NCBI GenBank assembly: GCA_032718475.1
Contig: JAUCBJ010007242.1
Span: 62,001-126,000 of the forward strand
Source of the DNA: Nemertoderma westbladi
Taxonomy: Eukaryota > Animalia > Xenacoelomorpha
Length of the DNA: 64,000 bases
Direction: 5' to 3'
Shown piece after piece: positions 24,409 to 36,023 of the stretch. Each line of letters opens with the position of its first letter. Position 1 is the first letter of the stretch. The notes beneath the pieces were generated by a model, which had not been told where the DNA came from, did not search any database, and was given only the letters and a program-made list of their open reading frames with translations. The translations under genes were made by a program, and so were the position numbers.

Positions 24409-24741
24409 TGATATGTTTGTGGAATTTATCCACAGGTACAAAATAATAAAATACAGTATGTATAAACAATTAATACATTTAATTTAATCCGAAGTTACAA
24501 TAATAGAGATAACAAACATTTTACTTAAATCCATTTTAACCACCACCAGTAAACTCATCAAGATATTATATTCAGCTGAATGATTTATCCCAACATAGGA
24601 AGTGGGCTATGTCGGGTAATCGTAATGTACAAGCAATATATTATATGTGGCGAATATTGTTACTAATAAATGCTTAGAGTTTATTCACTAATGAATGCAC
24701 AATAATAATGATCTACTCAAAATAAGGCAATTAACCCATCA
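24409..24741 (-). repeat. 5' LTR (333 bp)
   Basis: Direct repeat of 19274-19606, followed by the TSD GCTAC. Confidence 0.97.
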
Positions 24742-25030
24742 GCTACTGCACTGCGGTCCCTACACTGAAGCTGAAACCATCACACCGGGTACTGTCTGAC
24801 CGCATGGCGGCGCATTACAGCATTGATGATGGCAAACTCTTACTGTATAATATTTTTAAAGCGATATTCGATTCCGGTACTGATAACGGAGATAGAAAAA
24901 CCTGTAGGCCTCACCACTGGTACTGCACTGCACCGTCCCATGATTACCAGTACTCAGTTTGTATTGTGAGCCATCCTTAAGTCGCTGTAATGCGCCGCCC
25001 CGCGCTCAGATTGTAGCCGGTCTGAATCTG

Positions 25031-25638
25031 GGTACGTACTAAAAGGTAGAACGATCTATAACGGGCTATAACGATCTATAACGGGCTATAAATTTTTATA
25101 ACAAGCTACAGTATAACCATCTATAACGAGCTATAATCTGAAAATTTACAATAAAAAAACCTATTTTAGAATGGATTTATTATCCTAGTCAGTAATTTAA
25201 TTACGCAATTTGGTTTTTTAGTTCATAATGCTTTTCATCTTTCTGATATCACGAAATCAGTCATTACTGCATTAGTCAGCATCATGCCACTACTGCACTA
25301 TCAGACATCTCCCATCTCTTTGTCTATCCTCCATTCTGCTATCCGCTGTCAGCTTCTGGTCGATATAGAATACAGGAATATAGTGAGCAATATAGGCCGA
25401 TAAAAACAACTTACCAGTATCAATTAGGCATAGGCAAGATAGGCCTACCCTAATTTTTAACCTGCGGTATTTTTCAGACCACCGTGTTAATCCAAAAGTT
25501 AAACACACCCAAGGGCCAAGACCAAGGGGCGTTTCAGCGTTTTTTTAATTTAAATTTTCATATTATAGCTCGTTCTTGTTTATAGGAAGTTATAGCCCGT
25601 TATAGATCGTTCTACCTTTTAGTACTGTAGTACATACC
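25031..25638. mobile_element. Mutator-like MITE with a 9-bp TSD
   Basis: TIRs GGTA.GTACTAAAAGGTAGAACGATCTATAACGGGCTATAAC and its reverse complement. TSD CTGAATCTG at 25022-25030 and 25639-25647. Confidence 0.85.
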
Positions 25639-27159
25639 CTGAATCTGATGGTAGCATGGTAGGGAGGGACACACTGCAGTAGCCTAGCTGCCTAGCCTAC
25701 AGTAACACTGTTAGTAAGCAGCTCTTAGAAAAACTAACTAATCACTACTTCCTGATTGGTTTTAAACTGGGTACCTAGCAACGCCATCAGCTGATTTCAA
25801 AATTAGTAATTAGTAGGGGCCCTTAAAAATACTATTTTTTGACATATCTATATTTTTTGACATATTTCTCGACATAATTTTGGTATATTATTAGAATGTG
25901 AATGTTAATAAAGTTGGTGCTTAATTTGATTTTGTTGGTGCATTAAAATATAAAATATTATTATACAGTAGTTTTATACAGTAGTTAGACAGTCCCCACT
26001 ACATTACTTTTGCTTTAATCTTAGTATAGACAGTCACTAAATTTCCTCCCGCATAATTACCACCCCACCCCCATAATTGTACTATGTTTTATACCGTAGT
26101 TAGAATACCTAGTACTGCCCTGCCAGTTACGGTGGTGTCTTTACTGCTTTTCAGTGTTTAAATATTTAAATTTTAGACGTTGAATAAAGGCCTGTTGGCC
26201 GCAATATACGTCATATATATTTATTATTCTTGGTCACCTTTGGTCTTAATTTAAGCTTCAAATATAAATTAAAAATACTAGAGTACCTATGAGCCCTTAA
26301 AACAACTACAGTATAAACACTATTATTCATGATTGCATTTAAAGGAGTTATCAGGATGCAGTAAACTCTACAGTATACTCAAAAACCGGTCAGCCGGTAC
26401 ATTACTTTTGTATAACACTCAGATTGGAATTCGCTTTCATTTTATTAATACAGAACCTACCTACAGCACTACAGCAACCCTTTCCTCTTGGTTCGCTTTC
26501 ATTGTAATAAAACGATGCCTAATCGTCTGTACTTATACAGTATACTGTACAGTTGTATTGTGAATTGGGTATTAAAGTGACCTTTCTCTGCAACTCTCCA
26601 CTACAACTGCTTAATTGTTGTTTGTATACAAACGGATAGCGAACTTGTTTTCTTTGTTTATGGTGACGAGATATAGTTATTTATTCATACTTATTTATTT
26701 AAGGTATATTACTTTATTAATTTACCACGTTATTGACATCAATTTAATTTTTTGACCCTTATCATGTCTATTTATCAATTTAATTTAATCTAGGATTAGT
26801 TTTGAATGATCTCATAACATCATCATAACCTAATGTCCTCTACATTATTAATTTGACCCTTATCATGTCTATGTAGCATCTATTTATTTATTAATTTAAT
26901 TAGTTTTTGAAGAAGTTTTTTGGACACCCATGGGCACCCAAGTCCCCATGCTGTATTTATATTACACAGTTCGTTGCTATTCTGCTTTGTTATACTGTAT
27001 TCTACTAGTTGTTGTTACTTGGTGCTCTTTAATTTGTTCCCCTCTCTCAATTCATTTTGTCAATAAAATATTAATAATTGTGAATTTTTTGGACTGGTTC
27101 TTTGGACTATCAAGTCATTCAAAAGTTACAGTATTAAGCCTAGACGAAATGATATTTAG

Positions 27160-27410
27160 CGCCTCCTAGAGGAGGACCATGTAAATGCACGACGCCAAAA
27201 TTCTGAAAACTTTCTAAACTTTTGACATACTACTTGTGTACCACGTTTGGTATAATTTAATCAAAGATTCGCTGAGTTACTGAACTAGCATTCAAAGATT
27301 AGACGGCCCGACCGACCAACGACAGGCAGACCGACAGACAGACGCGAGGTTGAGATTGGTAGGCCTACTGGTATTCTAAGCTCGCTCTCTTTCGTGGCTC
27401 ACCCCCACAG
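27160..27410 (+). mobile_element. Helitron-like non-autonomous repeat copy
   Basis: Same TTTCTAAACTTT...GTTTGG block, GACA microsatellite and TTCGTGGCTC.CCCCAC terminal motif as 15430-15750. Confidence 0.45.
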
Positions 27411-27801
27411 TGTTAGTCAATTTAACGGCTGCTTGTCAGTTCTGTCACAGCCCTGTGTTACCGGATAGTGCCTCTCGTTGTTTTAAGGGCAACTGCTATT
27501 TAATCCAGCTGTTGGTGGTTGGCGTTGCTAGGTACCCTGTTTAAAACAAATCAGGAAAGTAGTGATTCCAGTATCTCATTAAATAAATAAAATGCCTCAG
27601 AATAGTATTTATTACAGTACAAAGTTAACTGATTGAAGAGTAATAATCCCCATTTACCTAGGTAAATAATGCAAATCTTAATTACCTCTAGCCCATTGAC
27701 TGAGCGGTAAATAATGTAAAATTTAACTATAAACATAAAATACTAAAAGTGCGTGTTGCATTAAGGCATATAATTCAATAAGTAATAGTACAAGCTAATG
27801 T

Positions 27802-29241
27802 TTATTGTTCCATCTTCATATATAGATTTACCTGAACAGGTTCTGCATTATCGCCTTCAAATTTATGAGTATTCCTGAGGGAATAGGGCACCCACAACAG
27901 AAGCTGAATAATAGCTAAAAGGGCAGGCCATAGACAAGCTACTGAGAACATGCCCTCTTTAAGCTGGGCAATCTCAGGTCCAGAAAGTGTCGAACCTCCA
28001 CTCTGTATATGAGAAGTGTATTGGTAACGGTTTAAAACAGACAAAACAAGTATAGGAGCCACACTCTGTGCCGGTTTGGTAAATAATGCATTGACTCCAA
28101 AAACTGTAGAAGAGATAGGTGTAGAGCGATTGTGTTGCCTTTGGTCAGCATCAACTACATCAGATAGTATCAGATTGAATTGGGAGAAAGTAACATTAGT
28201 AATGACCATGTCGATTACGAAGTAGAAGGCAAGAAAGTAAAAATGAGATGGACCAATCAAGTACATGAGGGTTGACTGAGTGAGTTTGTACAGGAAAAAG
28301 AACACTATTACTCTATAAGCTCCAAAGTGTTTCACAGGAATTGTAACAGCAAGCAAAACAAAATTTGTTAAGATGTAAGGAGAACCATAGACTAAACTAC
28401 GTACAGAAGATGAAATGCTGTCCTTTGGAATCAGTTGATCTCCAAATATTGCCAGGAAATTCTTGTTATAAGTGGAATGACAAATCTGTAGAAAGTTCAT
28501 GAAAATAAACAACATGAAATTTCGATTCCTAATTAATTGACAGAACAATGTCACCATCGACTCTTTGGGTTGTTTGTTAGTTAGTTCAATATCGATTGCT
28601 GAATCACAACTAGATTTCACATTTAGTGCACAGTAGGTCAGTGACAACCATGCTAATAACGCCAGAACAACACAGACCATTTGCAAATTAACCAAATTTT
28701 TCATATGATCCGATATAGATTCGGTTGCAAACACAGTCCAACTCGTGATAAAGTTGAAGAACACTTGACATCTCATTAGAGTCACTCTGTCTCCATATCT
28801 GTGGCTAATTTCAGTGAATAAGGCACATTGGTTGAGAAGAACAAAGGTGAAGAATGTGTCCCACAAGCAAAGAGCGAACATGAGATGCAAGCCTATAACC
28901 CAAGGTTGATCAAGAATACTCTTCCATGGGAACCAAGGTATCAAAAACGAAATACACCACAACGGGGCCCCAAATAATATAGCCTTCTGTCGCTTTCGTA
29001 TCCATCTGTGATTGGAGCGATCTTGAAAATAAGCAAACAATGGATCGTTGATAGCATTCCATATCATAAACACAACCTGAGATGCATTAAACCAGACTGG
29101 GCTGACATTGTAGACGTTTACAAATAGTTTCACATAATAGAAATCCCAAACATGAGCCATTAGATGTGATCCAAAACCCAGCATACAATAAGCAAACACG
29201 TTCCTGCTCATTACACCTGCCATAAGGCCATACACAGCCAT
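27802..29241 (-). CDS. MFSD13A: MFS transporter MFSD13A/TMEM180-like, copy 1 (about 479 aa, intronless CDS)
   Basis: Multi-TM ORF with YYVKLFVNVY...QVVFMIWNAINDPLFAYFQDR and SSTVFGVNALFTKPAQSVAP family motifs. The first ATG is at 29241; the ORF track start at 29289 is TTG. Confidence 0.88.
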   Translation of the reverse strand: MAVYGLMAGVMSRNVFAYCMLGFGSHLMAHVWDFYYVKLFVNVYNVSPVWFNASQVVFMIWNAINDPLFAYFQDRSNHRWIRKRQKAILFGAPLWCISFLIPWFPWKSILDQPWVIGLHLMFALCLWDTFFTFVLLNQCALFTEISHRYGDRVTLMRCQVFFNFITSWTVFATESISDHMKNLVNLQMVCVVLALLAWLSLTYCALNVKSSCDSAIDIELTNKQPKESMVTLFCQLIRNRNFMLFIFMNFLQICHSTYNKNFLAIFGDQLIPKDSISSSVRSLVYGSPYILTNFVLLAVTIPVKHFGAYRVIVFFFLYKLTQSTLMYLIGPSHFYFLAFYFVIDMVITNVTFSQFNLILSDVVDADQRQHNRSTPISSTVFGVNALFTKPAQSVAPILVLSVLNRYQYTSHIQSGGSTLSGPEIAQLKEGMFSVACLWPALLAIIQLLLWVPYSLRNTHKFEGDNAEPVQVNLYMKMEQ

Positions 29242-29333
29242 GTTTGTCGCTAAGAAGATATTTCTGCTAGCCAAATGTGCAAATTGCAAAGCCTATAACA
29301 AGCTGGATAGAATATCTATATAATAGTATAAAG

Positions 29334-29535
29334 TAGGCGTACATCGGGTCTTTTGGATATCTGGCCTGATGTTTTTAATTATATTTATACTAATAATATA
29401 TTAATTAATCATTGCCAGGGATACATTTTTACCATTTTCAAAAATGTTAATAAATTGTGACTTTATTTTGTTTAGAAAATATCCGACCGGATGCGGATAT
29501 TGGTAAATTCTCGCCGGATATCCGGTGCACCGCTA
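29334..29535. mobile_element. Degenerate hAT-like MITE
   Basis: Imperfect terminal inverted repeats (TAGGCGTACATCGG...ATATCTGGC and GCCGGATATCCGGTGCACCGCTA) with CCGGATA subterminal motifs. Confidence 0.4.
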
Positions 29536-31229
29536 ATATAGAGTAGTAGGTATTAATTACTGTGGTGTAATTGATAAATCAGTGAATTTAAGTTAAATTT
29601 ATGAGATCGGCTAGTGTCACTGTAGATTGCTGAGAATGAATGGCCAAAGACCAGCGGCATGAACCGAAATAACCAGCATTCGAAGAAAAAACGCAAAAAA
29701 ATATCAAGATAAAAGAATAATTTAATAATGAGCCTGTTCTAGAATATATTATTATTAATTTAATTTAATTTAGACTTTTTTTCTAGTTGTAGTCGGCCTA
29801 AGAACATGGAAGAATTTGTTTCCTTTGACTAATCCAAATAAAAATTCACAACTACGTTATTAATGACCAGTGGCAGTGCTGTCAAAATAGTTAAACTTTC
29901 AACTAGTTGTTGCCATTTGATGTTATTTAGTTTACAGTGGTTTTAATTAACTTGTTACTGCGAATTTTAGTAAGTCAATGTGGTTTTTTAAAAAAATTGT
30001 GACTTTTCAACAAAAATCGAACTAAATTTGAAAGCTGGACATGAAGGCTGAAATTTGAAAGCTGATTAGCCATGTTGTTATGGTAACATAGTGCTAACCA
30101 TCGAGATGGTTAGCACTATTTTTTTTTATATATTATATAAAAAAAGAAATAAGATAGATAGATATTATTATCTAGATTAATTTTCTATTTTTTTTATGTA
30201 TCTGAAAGGCCATACTCAATATAATTTGGAAGGCAGTGGCACTTTGCGGCTCGGAAATAACAACCGTTGCTATGGTTACATGAATTATTCAAAATGTTGT
30301 TATTAAGTTAAGTTTTAGTTGAATTTTAAATAAACTATTTATATTTAACTGAACACCTCAAAATTATTTTAAAAAATTAGTTAACTTGTCATATATATTT
30401 ATCTAATTGGGGTTAGTCACTACAAAGTAAGTAGCATAGCACCTGCCTACATGATAGAGACACTATAGAACAGCAGATGTCATAAATAAATAATAGGCTG
30501 TCGGAACGTCAGAAGAATATCACAGGAAAGTATGTTGGCCTGTTAATAATAATAATATAAAAGGGATGTTAGTAATAAATTACACTACAGTGCCGGTACA
30601 GTACCGAATATTAATATTATTCACCAAGCTGCTACGCAACCAACATAGGGAAGGAAATATAGCTGGACAGAGTAGTAGTCATTGTGTGTGATTGATTTTA
30701 TGCCGCACTCTAGCAATTGAACTGCCATAATTACACAATTACATCTGCATTATTTTTAATGGATTTTAAGGCCTAAATAAGCATGTTGGGGTGTATAATA
30801 AGCTAAACCGACAATTTTCAGTCACAAATCAATATTAACGATAATTAATGTTAATTATCCATATTGGAAAAGGATCAGGTTACATTGGTAGCAATAAACA
30901 ATAAACGAGATTAAAGATTAGAGGTTCATGTTTGTTGTTATCAGTGGCTATTATTGTCGGTATAGCTTTTTACCCACATACGCTGATTCAGTTTCCAGCA
31001 CAATTAATAGCCTATCTCAAATTCGATGTTATTACCCAGCTGAAAAAAATGTGCAACTGCTCTAAAACTGCTACCCAAAACAATAAGTTATTGACTCATG
31101 TTTAAAACTATTAATTCAAGTAAAAAATAGATACATAATAAGCCCAGTTATTTGTACAGTGACATTCAATGCATAAATAATTATTGTAGATACTCATAGC
31201 AATAAGAGTTTTTTGTGTAATTCTATATA

Positions 31230-31640
31230 AAGCGAGCTCGGCAAGTGGGGGGCAGAAGGAGCACAGAAGGCAGTGGTAGCGGTGTTGGTAGGTGTGTACT
31301 GCCCTTGGCAAATGCAGTTGGTAGAGGTGTCGTGGAAAGGGTTGTCCATATCCGTGCACAGCTCGCCCTTCGCTATCCCTTTCGGGATCGGTCCTCAGGA
31401 ATCCAAAGAGGCTTGCCTCAGGGTCTGTCGGTCCTCCGTGAATCCACTGATATACCTTTCTGAGTCCTTTTCAGGCTCGTAGTTGTGCGAGCAACAGAGG
31501 ACCGCTCGAGCTGTAAGTCAGTCCCTGCCCGTCGCCAGTTTCCAATCCACTGTTCCTTTGAAAGCGCAGTAGGAGAGGTGGTTGGCTCCGGCTTGGTTAT
31601 CAGAGCACCACATGAAGCCAAAATGCTTAGATTTCTGGAC
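31230..31640 (-). other. GC-rich decayed coding-like fragment, possibly FLYWCH-like or transposon-derived
   Basis: One minus-strand frame reads FMWCSDNQAGANHLSYCAFKGTV...CCSHNYEPEKD...ELCTDM with two stops. The segment is clearly more GC-rich than its flanks. Confidence 0.3.
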
Positions 31641-32240
31641 CCTATGATGCCCCTTTATCCAGAAAGCCAAACATTTTTTATAGTCAGCCAAATTTTAAAC
31701 AACCCATATCTGAGTTTTTTTGGGGTTGGGAGTCTGTAACTTTTGTGCGGGGGGGGGGGGGGGGGGGGGGGGGTACCCAGGACTTATTTTATTAGTTCAT
31801 TTCAGTTCAGTTTATTAAGTCTGTATGGGCCTGGGTGTACCAAATTGAAAATAACGTGAACACTGCTAAATATATTAAGGGTGACAGTATAATTATGGTG
31901 GCATTTCATTACTAAAAGCCAGTTATATTGTGCAATTCAAAAGCTTGCTAGTCACAGCTACCACTGGTAGGATCAGACTATTCACGACCAAGGCAACTTG
32001 CTGGTCTTAACAGATATGGCCATCTAATAACATTCCTTCACACTTGATTAACGATACAAGATTTTAGAACATTACAGAAATTTGAAATTATGGCTGACCA
32101 AGTGATTTGCAGTGGCTTTATTTCTGGTCCTGCCAGCTCTGCACCATATTATTGCTGACATATCATTTATATACACTAATATATATTCATTATATGTTAA
32201 TTTTAAAGATACACATTGTTCCATTCATAAATATATATAA

Positions 32241-32336
32241 TAAATTATTAAGTAATTTAAACAGGTCTTAGGATGATCCAACTCTATCCTGAGTTTGGGA
32301 TCTTCCTAAGTCCTGTTTAAATTACTTAATAATTTA
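32241..32336. repeat. Near-perfect 96-bp palindrome/hairpin
   Basis: TAAATTATTAAGTAATTTAAACAGG...CCTGTTTAAATTACTTAATAATTTA, with further pairing towards a short loop. Confidence 0.85.
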
Positions 32337-32666
32337 CACAATCTATGGATGTTAAAACATATAAACAATATATATAATAAATATAATTTAATTTATTGTT
32401 ATTATATAAAGGGACAGTTTACAAACCACAGTGAGTTGGAACCGGTTTATAGGTATAAAGGGGTGTGAAGAAAACCGACATCAACAACAATGTTTTATTA
32501 TTCAAAAAAATAATATATAAAATATAATATTACACTAGCTTTCAATAAATTATTTTTATCTTCCTCAAGTGTTAAATAATAAATTATTTCTGGAACAATT
32601 TCCTAGACAATAAATTATGCATTTACTATTAAGAATTGAATTAAATAAATTCTTTTTGATTGCATT

Positions 32667-33005
32667 CTGAACTTGAGAGAAACGAAATTGCGACAACTAT
32701 GGAGAATCGGGAAGCCTTGATAGATCTCATTTCCACTGTCCGAGTTTGCTCGACCTAGTAGTAGTTGGAGAATCGGGAAGCCTTGATGGATCTCATTTCC
32801 ACTGTCCGAGTTCGCTCGCTCTAGTAGTAGTTGGAGAATCGGGAAGCCTTGATGGATCTCATTTCCACTGTCCGAGTTTGCTCGACCTAGTAGTAGTTGG
32901 AGAATCGGGAAGCCTTGATGGATCTCATTTCCACTGTCCGAGTTCGCTCGCTCTAGTAGTAGTTGGAGAATCGGGAAGCCTTGAAGGATCTCATTTCCAC
33001 TGTCC
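32667..33005 (+). repeat. Tandem array of the 66-bp RTE 3' terminus (about 4.6 copies, alternating A/B variants)
   Basis: Units start at 32701, 32767, 32833, 32899 and 32965. Each unit is the last RTE codons plus the stop and TAGTAGTAGTT tail seen at 5037-5172 and 34467-34535. Confidence 0.9.
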
Positions 33006-33345
33006 AAAGATCTATTTAGTCCAAAGGGCTTCATTGTTAACAGAGTACACAGCCAGGATCCATCCCTTAAAAAAACGAAGAAAGAGAAAACAACCAAGTT
33101 AAGATTAAGGGAGGGTTACTGGCAGTGTACTCTGTTAACAATGAAGCCGTTTGGAACTCTATAAATGAAGCAGTTGTTAACAACTGCTTTATTAAGCAGT
33201 TAAAATGTATTCAATCCGATTCATTTATAATTCAATCCAGACTCTAAGAATGCAATCAAGAAGAATGTATTTAATTAATAATATCTTATTACTAAATGCA
33301 TAATTTATTGTCTAGGAAATTGTTACAGAAATAATTTATTATTTA

Positions 33346-33390
33346 ACACCTGAAGAAGATAAAAATAATTCATGAAAGCTTGTGTAATAT
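33346..33390 (+). ncRNA. Degenerate minimal hammerhead-ribozyme-like motif in the Penelope-like repeat
   Basis: CTGAAGA...GAAAGCTTGTG core. The inverted copy (32530-32572) retains a GATAAA/TTTATT stem II but has a mutated core. Confidence 0.4.
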
Positions 33391-34238
33391 TATATTTTAT
33401 ATATTTTTTTTTATTATTAAAACATTGTTGTCGATCTCGGTTATATTTAATCTTTTAATAACTCTTCACACCCCTTTCTATAATATATTCCTATTATTTG
33501 AAAAAGATGGAGAATTATCGAAAGCTCATAAAATATATAAAAACATTTTTTTAAGTAATTGAATGTCAGCTGATTTTTATTTAATCCATTATTCTTTATA
33601 TAATATATGTACATATATAATGGCAATTGATAGTTACATGTTCTTTTCTCTGCATGAAGACATAATAGTTCAAAGAGCTGACCAACATTTTTTTCAAGTA
33701 GTCTAACATCATCTTAATTTTATTCTAAAAAGTGTAAAAATTATATAAAATAGTATTTACATTATTGCATTAATAATTTCTGGTAGTGGTAGATGATTGG
33801 CTGATGGCTGGTGCCACAGTGACATCAGAAGTAAGTCTCCATTAATAATAATAAGTAGAACATGTATAACCAATATAGTATGTCAGTACAACTTTGAGTT
33901 GTCAAACAGTAATAAACCAGTAGGCTACTACTTATTATTGATTACAATGATGCTGAGAACGATCAATGGGATGGCAGCTGGGTAAGGTAGCCAGTGTTTT
34001 TGTTATTGATTATGATGCAGCATTGAACTGTCAGCTCTCTCTCCAGTCCATGGTGATCCAGTTGGACAGAAACAGTGACTATAGTAATAATTAACAACTT
34101 TACACATCACTTTAGGGTTCAGCCAAGTCATTCATCTGCCAGACTCCCCCAATTTGTATATAAATAGTATAATACTAACAATACAGCCCATGTGAAGAAT
34201 ACCAGACTTTCTGCCGTTATATTTCACTTTGCAGTTAC

Positions 34239-34463
34239 CCCCATGTGAAGAATACCAGGTTTACGCCAAAAACACAGGATACAGAAGGGCTGAATCTAAC
34301 CAAAACAATAAACGAATTAGTATATGTACAGGTTATAAGAAAGAAATAAGCACTATAAAACACTTTAATAAAGATAAATGTAAAAAAATAAAAAATCGTC
34401 ATATATAAAATTCCAATAAAAAGTCGACCGAAAAGTGAAATCCTGGTATTCTTCACATAGGCG
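34239..34463. mobile_element. MITE with TIRs of about 20 bp
   Basis: CCCCATGTGAAGAATACCAGG and CCTGGTATTCTTCACATAGG, with an extra left-end copy at 34187-34205. The right end is the target of the RTE insertion. Confidence 0.6.
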
Positions 34464-34466
34464 AAC

Positions 34467-35489
34467 TACTACTACTAGGTTGAGCGAACTCGGACAGTGG
34501 AAATGAGATCCTTCCAGGCTTCCCGATTCTCCATATTTGTCACAATTTCGTTTCTCCCAAGTTCAGTATCCCTTTCAAGTTGATCTATATATGTTATGGC
34601 CGGTCATCCACGACTACGCTTTCCATAGAGTTGGTTGCCAGAGAAGTAGATCTGGTATGACCTCGTCTTTACTTCGCCAGCAGTGCCCACTGAATCTTAA
34701 TCTGCGTTCACGGAGGGTGGTTGATACAGGTGGTATTGTACCATAAAGCTCGGCGTTTGTCATGTGTTGTCTCTAGCTGATGTTTAGGGCTGCCCTTAGT
34801 AGTCTTGTGTAGCAACCACCAATTCGTTGTTCAAGCTGTCAAGTGATTTAGTCAGTGTCCAGGTCTCACCCCTGTATAAAAATACACTTTCCACTGTGGC
34901 TCGAAAGAACTTAGTCTTCAGGTGCCTGGAGAGATCTGATTTCCAGATGGTATCCATTTTTGATACAGCTACCCAAGCCTTTGCTTTCCTAACTTCTATG
35001 TCCATTTTGCTACTCTCTATCCATGATCCATGGTACTGGAAGTCATCGACCTTCCTTAGTTGATTATTATCAATGGTTGTCAAGTTTCCACAATCCAACC
35101 TCCTTAGCAGCCGCCCTCTCCACTTTATTTAGTAGAAGCTGTGCATCTGCTAGCGTATTAGACAGCAGGGCGATGTCATCCGCAAAGTCGGTGTCTGTGA
35201 CTGTAGTTGCCGGATATCTACTACTTCTGCGTTCTTGAAGTGTGAATCCCAGATATTCACCCTTTATGGCCGCCCTCATTGCGTAATCCAGCACAATTAC
35301 AAATAGTAATGGTGCCAATGTGTTACCTTGCAGTATGCCAGCCAGGATTGAGAAAAACTCAGTTTCACCATCTGGTGAGAGTACCTGCGCTTCTGTGTCA
35401 CAATATAACAATCCAATGCCAGCAACAATTACTTCTGGTATTCCATAAGCTCTTAGGATTTCAAGCATTTTACCTCTATGGAGCATGGT
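34467..35489 (-). mobile_element. 5'-truncated RTE-clade LINE (RT C-terminal half), frameshifted
   Basis: GILQGNTLAPLLF, DFADDIALL and FFRATVESVFLY.GETWTLT motifs; (TAG)n tail at 34467-34478. Probable TSD ACAT(A/G)GGCGAAC at 34455-34466 and 35490-35501. Confidence 0.9.
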
Positions 35490-36023
35490 ACATGGGCGAA
35501 CAATACTATATTATTAATATATATATATATTATTAATATCAATACTATATATATTAATATTATATTTGTAAGGTATTTCTTCACTTTTTATGCAAAAATA
35601 TTTATCAGAAATCGCTTTCTCGCACTACTATGAATACCACAACTTAGATGTTATTATCGTTAAAGGGGAGGGTGGTTTATTTTGGTTTCCATCTATGCAA
35701 TAAAAATCATCTCACCTGCTATATGATGTAGGTTATTGAATAGCCTTGTGCAGAGGAAAAGCCCATTTTGAATTCCCATATCTCTATTTCTCAATGAATT
35801 CCAAATTGCAACAAAAGCTTTATGTGTTGTATTCATATTATGTGTGAATAACTGAACAGTAAAATCATTTTCAAACCATGAGCTATGGTCCCTGTCATCA
35901 ATCAGTCATCAAAATTGGATTCATATTCTGAGTCAATTAGCATATACAGGATAAACAAGGTGAATATTATTGGACTGTAATGCAACTAAAATACCAATCA
36001 CCAACTCATTATAAAAATAATTA

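Larger units (their letters stand above)
19274..24741 (-). mobile_element. Full-length Ty3/Gypsy LTR retrotransposon (Mag-like), 5468 bp, coding-defective
   Basis: Two 333-bp TG...CA LTRs, 5-bp TSD GCTAC (19269-19273 and 24742-24746), PBS and PPT. Domain order is gag-PR-RT-RH-IN. Confidence 0.97.
32452..33480. mobile_element. Penelope-like element 3' end present as an inverted pair (minus-strand copy 32452-33070, plus-strand copy 33075-33480)
   Basis: The plus arm encodes LRLREGYWQCTLLTMKPFG and the minus arm LRDGSWLCTLLTMKPFGLN, matching the GIY-YIG C-terminal E..W...L.T..P.GLN motif. The 3' arms 32452-32669 and 33247-33480 are reverse complements, and each has a hammerhead-like core. Confidence 0.7.

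Noticed and set aside
32615-33102. ORFs with 22-aa repeats, or a CRISPR-like array
   Set aside because: The units are contiguous RTE tails without unique spacers. There are no cas genes and the context is eukaryotic.
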